The notes beneath the pieces are model-generated. The model had not been told where the DNA came from and did not search any database. It was given only the letters and a program-made list of their open reading frames with translations. DNA of 64,000 bases from Candidatus Thorarchaeota archaeon. Lineage in GTDB: Archaea > Asgardarchaeota > Thorarchaeia > Thorarchaeales > Thorarchaeaceae. Location: assembly GCA_048882325.1 (NCBI GenBank), contig JBHLRS010000002.1, positions 64,001 to 128,000 of the forward strand, written 5' to 3'. Shown here piece after piece: positions 55,406-64,000 of this stretch (positions within the stretch are counted from its first letter, which is position 1; each line of letters begins with the position of its first letter). A program made the translations under genes and the position numbers.

Positions 55406-57570
55406 TCACAAAGGAGGAACTCCAACATGCGACGAAGGTTCTTGGACGTGAACCTACCAAGACCGAGCTCGGAATGTTGGATGTCTTGTGGTCAGAGCAT
55501 TGTAGCTATAAGAGTAGCAAAAGGTGGTTCTATCTTTTCAAGACAAAAGCTGATAATGTCGCTCTTGGAATTGGAGAGGGTGCGGGACTTGTTGACATAG
55601 GTAGGGGATACTATGTGGGAGTAGCAATGGAGTCCCACAATCATCCAAGCCAGATTGATCCTTACAATGGTGCCGCAACTGGAGTTGGTGGAATTATTCG
55701 AGATGTCATATCACAGGGGTGCAAGGCTGTAGGTCTGATGAATTGCCTTAGATTCGGCCACCCTAACAAACCCCATAACGCGTATCTGCTCGAGAATGTC
55801 GTTCGAGGAATCTCTGATTATGGAAACAGTGTCGGAATACCAGTAGTGGGTGGTGAGATTGAGTTCGATGAGTCATACGATGACAACTGCCTGGTCAACG
55901 TAGCTTGCATAGGATATGTCAAACCTGAAAAGGTTGTGCGCAGCAGTGCTAGAACTCCAGGGCATTATCTTGTCATGTTTGGCTCGACTACCGGTCGCGA
56001 TGGTATTGCAGGTGTGAGTTTTGCGTCTGAAACATTTTCAGATGAAGAAGCAGAGAAACGAAGTGCGGTTCAGATTGGAGATCCACTAGCTAAGAAAGTA
56101 GTCATTGACACACTGACTGAGCTAATTGATGAGGAACTGATTGACGGTCTCCAAGATTTCGGAGGTGGGGGGATGACTTCAGCTGCAGGAGAACTAGCGC
56201 ATGCAGGCGGAACTGGAGTAGAGATTGACTTGGAGAAAGTCCCTCTTAGAGAAGACGACATGGACCCATCCGAGATTGTCATATCTGAGTCACAAGAAAG
56301 AATGCTTGCAATCATCGCTCCTGAGAATCTTGATCGTGTCATTACCCTTCTGGAGAAGAATGACACGCCCTACGCAGTGATTGGGAAAGTCACTGATGAT
56401 GGCTATTATACTGCTAAATATGAGGGAGAAGTTCTTGCGAAACTACCAATCAGTCTTCTCGTAGATGGATATCCTAATCCAGAGAGAGTCGAAGGTAAAA
56501 TACCAGCTCAAACTGATTCTTTGACATGGTTCAAGGAACCAGAGGATTATCCAGAAACCATATTGACATTGCTTCAATCAAACAACATCTGCGACCGCTC
56601 TTGGGTCTACAGCCAGTATGACCAACATGTCCAGACAAATACTGTCATCGACTTGGGACAGAATGCTGGAGTCCTAGAGTTTCCTAATGGTAGACTTCTA
56701 GCCTTCACAAGTGACTGCAACTCATTCTGGTGTAAGCTAGATCCACAAACTGGAACCGCTAACTCTGCGGCAGAAGCACTGCGAAACATTGTCGCAATGG
56801 GAGCTCGACCTCTCTTCATCGCGGACTGTTTGAATTTTGGGAATCCAGAAAGACCAGAATCCTACGCTGAATTCGTTGAATCAGTTAGAGGATTGGGACG
56901 ATTTTCTCACGACTTCGATATACCTATTGTGGGAGGGAATGTATCTCTCTACAACGAGTCGATGGTAGATGGGAAAAATAGAAGGATTAATCCGACCCCT
57001 CAGGTTATGATAGCTGGAATTTTCAATCAAGGATTTACACCAATTAAAAGAAATCTTGTGACTCCATGGGCTAATATATTTCTAGTTGGAGAAACATTTC
57101 CAGACCTTAATGGAAGCGAGTATCAGAGGATGGTATCGGGATCTGTAAAAGGTGAACCGCCAAAATACAGGCCCATCTGGGAGAAACGTTCAATGAATGT
57201 GATACTCGATGCGCATGAGAGAGGTCTCATCCGTTCATGTAACAATGTGGGTCGGGGAGGTATTGCTATAGCCCTCATGAAAATGGTAATGAAAAGCGAG
57301 TATGGATTTACACTCGATATGGACTACATTCCAGGAACGGTGAATAGTCTGGCCCAGGGTCTTTTCTCTGAAACCGCCTCTCGATATCTGGCAGAAGTCA
57401 CTGAGAGTAATCAGCCTGAGTTCTTAAAATTAGTAGAAAAACATGAAACAACAGTTTGTGAACTTGGACTCACAACACAGGAACCCATTGCAGACTTTGG
57501 AAGATTCATGATTCCAATAGACAAAACAAAGTCCGCTTTCAAGAACGGATTTAGCAGGTTTCTGGAGTGA
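55402..57570 (+). CDS. purL: FGAM synthase large subunit
   Basis: WSEHCSYKSS, ESHNHPS, GAATGVGGIIRD, TGRDGI, VQIGDP, SESQERM, DCLNFGNPE, GGNVSLYNE. Confidence 0.96.
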   Translation: MITKEELQHATKVLGREPTKTELGMLDVLWSEHCSYKSSKRWFYLFKTKADNVALGIGEGAGLVDIGRGYYVGVAMESHNHPSQIDPYNGAATGVGGIIRDVISQGCKAVGLMNCLRFGHPNKPHNAYLLENVVRGISDYGNSVGIPVVGGEIEFDESYDDNCLVNVACIGYVKPEKVVRSSARTPGHYLVMFGSTTGRDGIAGVSFASETFSDEEAEKRSAVQIGDPLAKKVVIDTLTELIDEELIDGLQDFGGGGMTSAAGELAHAGGTGVEIDLEKVPLREDDMDPSEIVISESQERMLAIIAPENLDRVITLLEKNDTPYAVIGKVTDDGYYTAKYEGEVLAKLPISLLVDGYPNPERVEGKIPAQTDSLTWFKEPEDYPETILTLLQSNNICDRSWVYSQYDQHVQTNTVIDLGQNAGVLEFPNGRLLAFTSDCNSFWCKLDPQTGTANSAAEALRNIVAMGARPLFIADCLNFGNPERPESYAEFVESVRGLGRFSHDFDIPIVGGNVSLYNESMVDGKNRRINPTPQVMIAGIFNQGFTPIKRNLVTPWANIFLVGETFPDLNGSEYQRMVSGSVKGEPPKYRPIWEKRSMNVILDAHERGLIRSCNNVGRGGIAIALMKMVMKSEYGFTLDMDYIPGTVNSLAQGLFSETASRYLAEVTESNQPEFLKLVEKHETTVCELGLTTQEPIADFGRFMIPIDKTKSAFKNGFSRFLE

Positions 57571-57576
57571 TGCCAA

Positions 57577-59013
57577 TTGTCGAGAGTTCTCATCATTGCC
57601 GGTAGTGCAAACGACAAGCCAATTGTTGAGAAGGCGACAGTAGTCCTAGATGAACTGGGTATTATCTATCGGGTCGAATATGCATCAGCTCATAGAGAGC
57701 CAGATAAGGTAAGACAGATTGTCACTTCCTGTAGTGAGGATGTTATCATTGCCATTGCTGGGTTAGCCGCTGCACTTCCAGGAGTAGTCGCATCACATAC
57801 GCACAAACCTGTAATCGGAGTCCCAGTGAAGGTTGCTCTGGATGGACTTGATGCGCTCCTCTCAATGATGCAGATGCCAAAAGGAGTTCCAGTAGCTACT
57901 GTTGGGATAGACAATGGACAAAATGCAGCCCATCTTGCTGCGAGAATTCTAAATGTTTCTGGGACAAGACCACAAGAGGTGCCTCACTCATATGCAGAAG
58001 CAGGTGTGGATGAGGTGAAGATTGCAGATGTACTCAAGATTCTTGGTAAGTATGTGAAAGAGTCATTTGAGCATGGAGAAGTAATGCATGAATATGGTCA
58101 CTATGCAAACACCGTGAAGATAAAGGATGACCTCTGTCTTGCGCTATCAACAGATGGTGTGGGAAGTAAGATTCTAGTTGCTGAGCTTGCCAATAAATAC
58201 GACACCATTGGTATTGATTGTGTCGCTATGAACGTGAATGACCTGATTTGTGTTGGCGCGACACCTGTCGGATTTGTCGACTATCTAGCGATGGAAAAGC
58301 CACTGGCTGCAAATATCGTAGCGGAGATTGGAGCAGGACTGCTTGAAGGTTGCAGAGAATCAACGATACCTATTCTTGGAGGAGAAACCGCGATACTTCC
58401 AGATATGATTCGGGGAGTAAAGAGTAATGGACTGGATCTTGCAGGGACTGCTGTTGGACTTAGCCATCCTTCAGAGTTGATTGATGGAAGTTCTATCAAA
58501 GGGGGTGATGCAATTCTTGGTGTTTCTTCCAGTGGTCTGCACTCAAATGGATTTACACTAACACGAAAAGTGCTTCTATCAAAATACAAGATAACTGACA
58601 AGCTGCCTTGGGAAACTCCAATTGCTGAAGAACTCCTCGAGCCCACTCGCATATATGTCCCCCATTTTAAAGCACTCAAAAAAGAAGGAATTGATATCCG
58701 AGGTCTTGCGCATATCACAGGCTCGGGCTTTAGAAAGCTGATGCGCCTTGGACATCATCGGTACAAGATCGAAAAGTTCCCGGACATTCCATTGATATTC
58801 CAACTTATCCGTGAGGTAGGGAGGATTGAGATGTCTGAGATGTTCACTACATTCAACATGGGTATAGGATTGATAGTGATAGTACCAGAGAGAGAAAGTG
58901 TGAGAGCTCTTAATGTCCTGAACCAGATACATGAAAGCTATAGTTTGGGAGTCATCGAAGAGTCAAAACACGGCGTGGTTGAGATATCACAATATGGGGT
59001 GACAATCGAGTGA
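57577..59013 (+). CDS. PurE (AIR carboxylase/N5-CAIR mutase) fused to PurM (AIR synthetase)
   Basis: N-terminal [30 protein letters not shown]; C-terminal [52 protein letters not shown]. Confidence 0.93.
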   Translation: MSRVLIIAGSANDKPIVEKATVVLDELGIIYRVEYASAHREPDKVRQIVTSCSEDVIIAIAGLAAALPGVVASHTHKPVIGVPVKVALDGLDALLSMMQMPKGVPVATVGIDNGQNAAHLAARILNVSGTRPQEVPHSYAEAGVDEVKIADVLKILGKYVKESFEHGEVMHEYGHYANTVKIKDDLCLALSTDGVGSKILVAELANKYDTIGIDCVAMNVNDLICVGATPVGFVDYLAMEKPLAANIVAEIGAGLLEGCRESTIPILGGETAILPDMIRGVKSNGLDLAGTAVGLSHPSELIDGSSIKGGDAILGVSSSGLHSNGFTLTRKVLLSKYKITDKLPWETPIAEELLEPTRIYVPHFKALKKEGIDIRGLAHITGSGFRKLMRLGHHRYKIEKFPDIPLIFQLIREVGRIEMSEMFTTFNMGIGLIVIVPERESVRALNVLNQIHESYSLGVIEESKHGVVEISQYGVTIE

Positions 59014-60263
59014 CACGTGTGCTGTTAATAGGTAATGGAGCGAGAGAACATGCTATCGCCACAGCATTGGTTCATTCAGGTGTTGAAATAATAGCACACA
59101 TGGACAGAATGAATCCAGGTATTGCAAAGTTAGCCAACAAAGTGTCAATAAACTCCATTCTTGACTTTAGGAAGCTACCGGACCTTAGTGGGATAGACTA
59201 TGCCTTTATTGGACCTGAAGCTCCGTTGGCTAGTGGTGTTTCCGATTTTCTTAATGGACAAGGAGTTCCTTGCGTGGCACCAAGCAAGACCGCTGCAATG
59301 ATTGAAACAAGCAAATCATTCGCAAGAAGAATACTGCAGGACACCACTCCAGACGCAAATCCAAGGCATTCGATTGTTAGGAGCCTTGATGATCTTAGAA
59401 GGTTTGAGGACGTCATAGGTGTTGAGAATATTGTTGTCAAGCCTGACGGATTGACTGGTGGTAAAGGGGTCAAGATCTTCGGAGAACACCTCCATTCACG
59501 CACAGAATTGGAAAAGTATGCTGTAAGAGAGTTGAGTGCAAAAGGTGTTGTAGTGTTAGAGGAAAAGTTGGAGGGCATCGAGTTCACAGTACAGGCATTT
59601 GTTGACGGTGCAAAATTAGTGACAATGCCATTAGTCAGAGACTACAAGAGAGCATATGATGGTGACAAAGGTCCAAATACTGGCTCAATGGGATCATACT
59701 CGACAGAAAATCATGGACTTTCTTTTGTTGATGAGGAAGATCTTTCAAAAGCAAAACTGATCATGCAAGCGACAATTGACAGGATTAAGAAGGTGACCCG
59801 AACAGAGTACAAGGGTATTCTCTATGGTCAGTTCATGAAGACAGAGACTCGAATCAAGGTCATAGAGTACAATGCTAGATTTGGAGACCCTGAAGCATTG
59901 AATGTATTATCAATCTTGAACTCATCAATGGATGTGATTTGCCAACAAATCATAGATGGTAGATTAACAAATGCATTCTTTGAAAAAGCTGCCACTGTCT
60001 GTGTCTATGTTGTACCAGAAGGATATCCTGAACCGGAGGTGATCAAAGACAGCCCAATTGACACGAGTGTTGCATCTACTGCTGATATTTACTATGCTTC
60101 TGTATATGAAAAGGATGGGCAAATCCTGACAACTGGAAGTAGGGCTGTTGGTGTGCTTGCCAAAGGAAACTCAGTTGCTCAAGCAAAAGAGATTGCATAT
60201 GCTAATGCCTCAAGAATCAAGGGAAAGGTGAGATATAGATCGGATATTGCACAGGATGCTTAG
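59010..60263 (+). CDS. purD: Phosphoribosylamine--glycine ligase
   Basis: [59 protein letters not shown]. Confidence 0.96.
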   Translation: MTRVLLIGNGAREHAIATALVHSGVEIIAHMDRMNPGIAKLANKVSINSILDFRKLPDLSGIDYAFIGPEAPLASGVSDFLNGQGVPCVAPSKTAAMIETSKSFARRILQDTTPDANPRHSIVRSLDDLRRFEDVIGVENIVVKPDGLTGGKGVKIFGEHLHSRTELEKYAVRELSAKGVVVLEEKLEGIEFTVQAFVDGAKLVTMPLVRDYKRAYDGDKGPNTGSMGSYSTENHGLSFVDEEDLSKAKLIMQATIDRIKKVTRTEYKGILYGQFMKTETRIKVIEYNARFGDPEALNVLSILNSSMDVICQQIIDGRLTNAFFEKAATVCVYVVPEGYPEPEVIKDSPIDTSVASTADIYYASVYEKDGQILTTGSRAVGVLAKGNSVAQAKEIAYANASRIKGKVRYRSDIAQDA

Positions 60264-60278
60264 ATAGAGGCGATTGTC

Positions 60279-61841
60279 ATGATTTCAAATGAACGGGTCC
60301 TAGTCATTGATTATGGAGGGCAATATACACATCTTATCTCGCGGCGTTGCAGGGAACTTGGCGTGTATGCTGAGATAATCCATCAAGAGTCAAAATTCGA
60401 TGAGGACAGTTTCATAGGAGTGAAGGGGGTAATTCTTTCCGGAGGACCTCGGACTGTAACACCATCGGACCTTGACACGACATTCAAAGAGAATTTCGTT
60501 CAATTTCAAATGCTGAATATCAAAATATTAGGTATCTGCTTTGGTCATCAACTTCTTGCAGTCCATATGGGAGCCAAACTCGCAGCAGGTGGTAATCCAG
60601 AATATGGGTCGACTGATATTGAAACTGTTGGAAAAGAAATTCTCCTCCGAGGGCTTGATAAGAAGCAATCCGTTTGGATGAGCCACAGTGACGAAGTTGT
60701 TGAACTACCTGATGGAATGATTGTTCTAGCAAAGAGTGGTGACAACCGAATAGCTGCCTATTGTGATGATGCTCACAAGGTCTTTGGAGTTCAGTTTCAT
60801 CCAGAGGTGACTCACACCTCAAATGGTATGACTGTACTCAATAGCTTTCTCAGGGAGATTTGCAGGTACCAAGAATTTTGGAAACCAGAAGATCAAATAG
60901 CGGATATACTCGACTATGTGAAGCGAACTGTCGGAGATGCTCGAGTCCTAATGGGAACGAGTGGTGGTGTTGATTCCACTGTTGCAGCTTATCTAATAAG
61001 AGAAGCTATCGGTAGCCATCTATTCTGTGTCTTCGTCGATAATGGTCTTTTGAGAAATGGAGAGAGAGAGGAGGTTGAATCAGCATTCTGTGAAATGGGC
61101 TTCGACAATTTTGTGACTCTTGATGCTGGTGATGAGTTTGTCGCTGCACTGGAGGGCGTTGAGGATCCTGAAGAGAAAAGAACGATAATTGCAGACAAGT
61201 TCATCGAGGTCTTTGAACGAAAAGCTAAGGAACTCGAGGAGGATTCTGGTCCCTTCGAATTCTTGGGCCAGGGAACAATATATCCCGACAGAGTTGAAAG
61301 TGCTGCAACAGGAAAAGACACTGCTGTCATCAAAAGTCACCATAATGTCCGTTTGCCAGATTGGATGAAGCTGAAACTAGTGGAACCTTTGCGTAATCTC
61401 TACAAAGATGAGGTTAGACAGGTGGGTCTTAAAATCGGAATCCCAAAACGTATGATTGAACGCCAACCATTTCCGGGACCATCTCTAGCTATAAGAATTG
61501 GTGGACTAGTAACTCACGAACAGCTTACCCTTCTTCGACAGGCTGATTCTATCCTGCAAGGAACACTCGTAGCTGACCCGATGTATCCATCAATCTGGCA
61601 ATCATTTTGTGTTCTTCTCCCAATCAGATCAGTCGGTGTTATGGGAGATGAACGCACGTACGACCAAGCTATCGCAATCAGGATTGTTGAAAGCAGAGAC
61701 GCTATGACTGCCTCAGTAAGTACACTACCTTGGCCAGTTCTCCTCAAAGTCGCATCTAGGATTGCCAACGAGGTCGAGGGAATCAATCGAGTAGTCTATG
61801 ATCTAACCTCTAAACCTCCTGGTACAATAGAGTGGTACTAG
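60279..61841 (+). CDS. guaA: GMP synthase (glutamine-hydrolysing, fused GATase plus synthase)
   Basis: DYGGQY, GICFGHQ, WMSHSD, QFHPEV, SGGVDS, QGTIYPD, KSHHN, PFPGP, GVMGD, KPPGTIEW. Confidence 0.96.
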   Translation: MISNERVLVIDYGGQYTHLISRRCRELGVYAEIIHQESKFDEDSFIGVKGVILSGGPRTVTPSDLDTTFKENFVQFQMLNIKILGICFGHQLLAVHMGAKLAAGGNPEYGSTDIETVGKEILLRGLDKKQSVWMSHSDEVVELPDGMIVLAKSGDNRIAAYCDDAHKVFGVQFHPEVTHTSNGMTVLNSFLREICRYQEFWKPEDQIADILDYVKRTVGDARVLMGTSGGVDSTVAAYLIREAIGSHLFCVFVDNGLLRNGEREEVESAFCEMGFDNFVTLDAGDEFVAALEGVEDPEEKRTIIADKFIEVFERKAKELEEDSGPFEFLGQGTIYPDRVESAATGKDTAVIKSHHNVRLPDWMKLKLVEPLRNLYKDEVRQVGLKIGIPKRMIERQPFPGPSLAIRIGGLVTHEQLTLLRQADSILQGTLVADPMYPSIWQSFCVLLPIRSVGVMGDERTYDQAIAIRIVESRDAMTASVSTLPWPVLLKVASRIANEVEGINRVVYDLTSKPPGTIEWY

Positions 61842-61903
61842 TTTTAATTCTAAACCACAGACTTAGAAGGGAGGGTGTTGACCTATTTCAGAGGAATGCA
61901 ATT

Positions 61904-63049
61904 ATGAGAGGCAAGCTAGTCTATCCATATTCTAATGCATTACTGGAGTATGAATTCAAAAAAGATCATCCATTAAAACCGGATAGACTTAAGCTGACCT
62001 ACATACTCTCTGAACTACTTGGATTGATTGACAGAGTAGACCTACAGGAACCAACACTTGCGACGAGAGCAGATTTGGAGCTCTTTCATTCTCCAGAGTA
62101 TATCGACGCTGTAGAGGATAGTGGAACTAACAACAACATTCACCCTCAGTATGGTTTAGGGACAGCAGACAATCCCGTTTTTCCGCTGATACATGAAACT
62201 GGAGCGAGGTATGTTGGAGCAACATTGGATGCAATGAGAGCGATGATAGATGGAGCGTCCAATGCGTTCTGCATTTCAGGAGGACTTCATCATGCCCATA
62301 AGAGCCAAGCATCTGGCTTCTGCATCTACAACGATGTGGTGATAGCAATCAATATGCTTCATAAAAAGAAGAAAGCTAAGGTTTTGTACTTCGATTTTGA
62401 TGCGCATCATGGTGATGGAGTCCAGACTGCGTTCTATGGTTCTAAAGATGTTATGACAATTTCTGTGCATCAAACAGGCAAAACTCTCTTTCCAGGTTCT
62501 GGTTTCATCTATGAAACCGGAGGTGCAGAGGGGGCGGGATATTCGGTAAATATACCACTTCTCCCTGGAGCAGGAACACCAGAATTAATCCGAGTGTTTA
62601 ATGACGTTGTTGTTCCACTCTTCGAATCATTCAACCCCGATCTTCTTGTTACACAACTAGGTGTTGATGGACACTATCTAGACCCACTAGCCAACCTGGC
62701 GTTCACATCCCACGGATATGAAACTGTTGTTCGGGATTTAAGAGATATGGCAGCAAAATCCTGCGACATGGGCTGGTTAGCAGTGGGTGGAGGAGGTTAT
62801 CACCCTGTCAATGTTGCACGTCTGTGGACTCTCTTTCTGGCAGTGATGCTTGATGAGGATGTGCCACGAAAAATACCTGATGAGTTCAAGCATGTGTGTC
62901 ATCAAATGGGCTATCGTGACATCCCTGAACTGATGAGAGATGAAGATGAGGTTGTCCAAATGTACTTGGAAAGAGAATATGTTACATTGGACTTGGAACG
63001 AGTACTTCGAAAAGTGAACGAGCTAGTCTTCCCATATCATGGTCTCTAG
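61904..63049 (+). CDS. Zn-dependent deacetylase, histone deacetylase/AcuC class I family
   Basis: HPLKPDR, GGLHHA, ASGFCIYND, DFDAHHGDG, FPGSG, QLGVD.H..DPL, GGGGY. Confidence 0.93.
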   Translation: MRGKLVYPYSNALLEYEFKKDHPLKPDRLKLTYILSELLGLIDRVDLQEPTLATRADLELFHSPEYIDAVEDSGTNNNIHPQYGLGTADNPVFPLIHETGARYVGATLDAMRAMIDGASNAFCISGGLHHAHKSQASGFCIYNDVVIAINMLHKKKKAKVLYFDFDAHHGDGVQTAFYGSKDVMTISVHQTGKTLFPGSGFIYETGGAEGAGYSVNIPLLPGAGTPELIRVFNDVVVPLFESFNPDLLVTQLGVDGHYLDPLANLAFTSHGYETVVRDLRDMAAKSCDMGWLAVGGGGYHPVNVARLWTLFLAVMLDEDVPRKIPDEFKHVCHQMGYRDIPELMRDEDEVVQMYLEREYVTLDLERVLRKVNELVFPYHGL

Positions 63050-63669
63050 ACACCATCAGTTGACGTGAGAGCAACATCAATCCACTTTCGTATCATCTTA
63101 ACAACCAAATCTGATGCAGTAGCCATTATCACTGAGTCGGCATCTTCACTTAGTAATGAGGATGGATCTACTCCTGATTTTGCTACTCTAAGAAGTGAAG
63201 GATAACAAAGAAATCCCAGCCCTTCAACAATGTCTAGATTGTCAGAACCACTCACCTTCAATCTGGTGCCTAATACTTCGTAAGGGACAACCTTTGGATC
63301 ACTGTCACAGATTGCAACGAGTGTTTCATTGTCTGCAACAATGGTCACGTCTGGCTCAATGCATTCATCATAAACTGAAATCTTCCCTCTATCAAAGACT
63401 ACAGAGTATTCGTCATTGGTATCTGAGGTCCTAAGACAAATCGTAAGGTCCTTGAATGAGTCAGTCACTGAACTTATGTGTTCTTCGAACTCATCCTCTG
63501 ACATTTTATGGAGTTCTTGTGCCTTCTCAACACTCACATTTAAGGCTGCTCGACATCCATCAACCACTGGTCCTAGGTATTCCATAAGCATGAACTGATC
63601 AGTGTTGATGTTTTGAGAGATATGACGTAGACTTCTCCCAAGACTCTTTGGTTGCTCATCATCACTCAT
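63046..63669 (-). CDS. Hypothetical protein with an SCP2 (sterol-carrier)-like domain
   Basis: YSVVFDRGKISV...PDVTIVAD.ETL..I....LKVSG pattern typical of SCP2-like folds. Confidence 0.55.
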   Translation of the reverse strand: MSDDEQPKSLGRSLRHISQNINTDQFMLMEYLGPVVDGCRAALNVSVEKAQELHKMSEDEFEEHISSVTDSFKDLTICLRTSDTNDEYSVVFDRGKISVYDECIEPDVTIVADNETLVAICDSDPKVVPYEVLGTRLKVSGSDNLDIVEGLGFLCYPSLLRVAKSGVDPSSLLSEDADSVIMATASDLVVKMIRKWIDVALTSTDGV

Positions 63670-63782
63670 TTAATCAGCTCAAACGGAAGTAGCCATCGTA
63701 GTATTTAGAGGTGCTGATTAAGTGGGTATTCGTAACACATTGATAGAAAAGTGATTTAGTGAACCAAAACACGGGTTGTCTG

Positions 63783-64000
63783 ATGACCACGGATATACAC
63801 ACTCATCTAGGAATGGGTCATAATGAACTTGCAGAGGTCACCATCGACAACTTCACAGAGCATGTGGACATACTCATTTCAAGAATGGACACATTTGGTA
63901 TAGATAGGGCAGTCTTGACACCTCATGAGCCATTCATAAGTACAGATCTCTACCTTGAAGCTACAAACATCTATCCAGACCGATTATTCTCAGCATGTTC
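63783..64000 (+). CDS. 5' part of an amidohydrolase-family protein (runs off the window)
   Basis: MTTDIHTHLG (DxHxH)...MDTFGIDRAVL...YPDRL. Confidence 0.75.
   Translation, partial: MTTDIHTHLGMGHNELAEVTIDNFTEHVDILISRMDTFGIDRAVLTPHEPFISTDLYLEATNIYPDRLFSAC

Noticed and set aside
1-64000. tRNA, rRNA, CRISPR array, transposase, integrase or prophage genes
   Set aside because: None recognised by eye; intergenic spaces are short and lack repeat-spacer or cloverleaf patterns. A covariance-model scan would be needed to exclude small RNAs.

Overview
Gene-dense archaeal chromosomal window with no mobile elements, CRISPR arrays or stable-RNA genes that I could recognise. TBP, geranylgeranyl reductase, type-2 IPP isomerase and PurP-family genes mark it as archaeal. 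A Rab/Ras-like GTPase domain, a beta-propeller plus helical protein and Ig-repeat surface proteins suggest an Asgard archaeon, probably Thorarchaeia-like (inference). The most striking locus is 38.3-46.2 kb: a three-gene operon (896-aa all-helical protein, divergent tubulin/FtsZ-superfamily GTPase, 355-aa helical unknown) transcribed divergently from a WD40/beta-propeller plus alpha-helical gene, next to a TPR gene. It is a candidate uncharacterised cytoskeletal or membrane-remodelling system. Other notable items: (1) a Rab-like probable pseudo-GTPase with a long acidic N-terminal extension; (2) an arsenic-methylation module with arsM, an unannotated Cys-rich 46-aa leader ORF, a divergent Cys-rich PadR-family regulator and three TATTGG-N4-CCAATA-type palindromes; (3) a MacB/FtsX-type ABC operon whose second ATPase has an AbrB-like tail, followed by a secreted M23-like peptidase; (4) a compact purine operon with PurC-PurS and PurE-PurM fusions, purN and two PurP-family genes. 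All calls are from motif recognition by eye; no searches were run.
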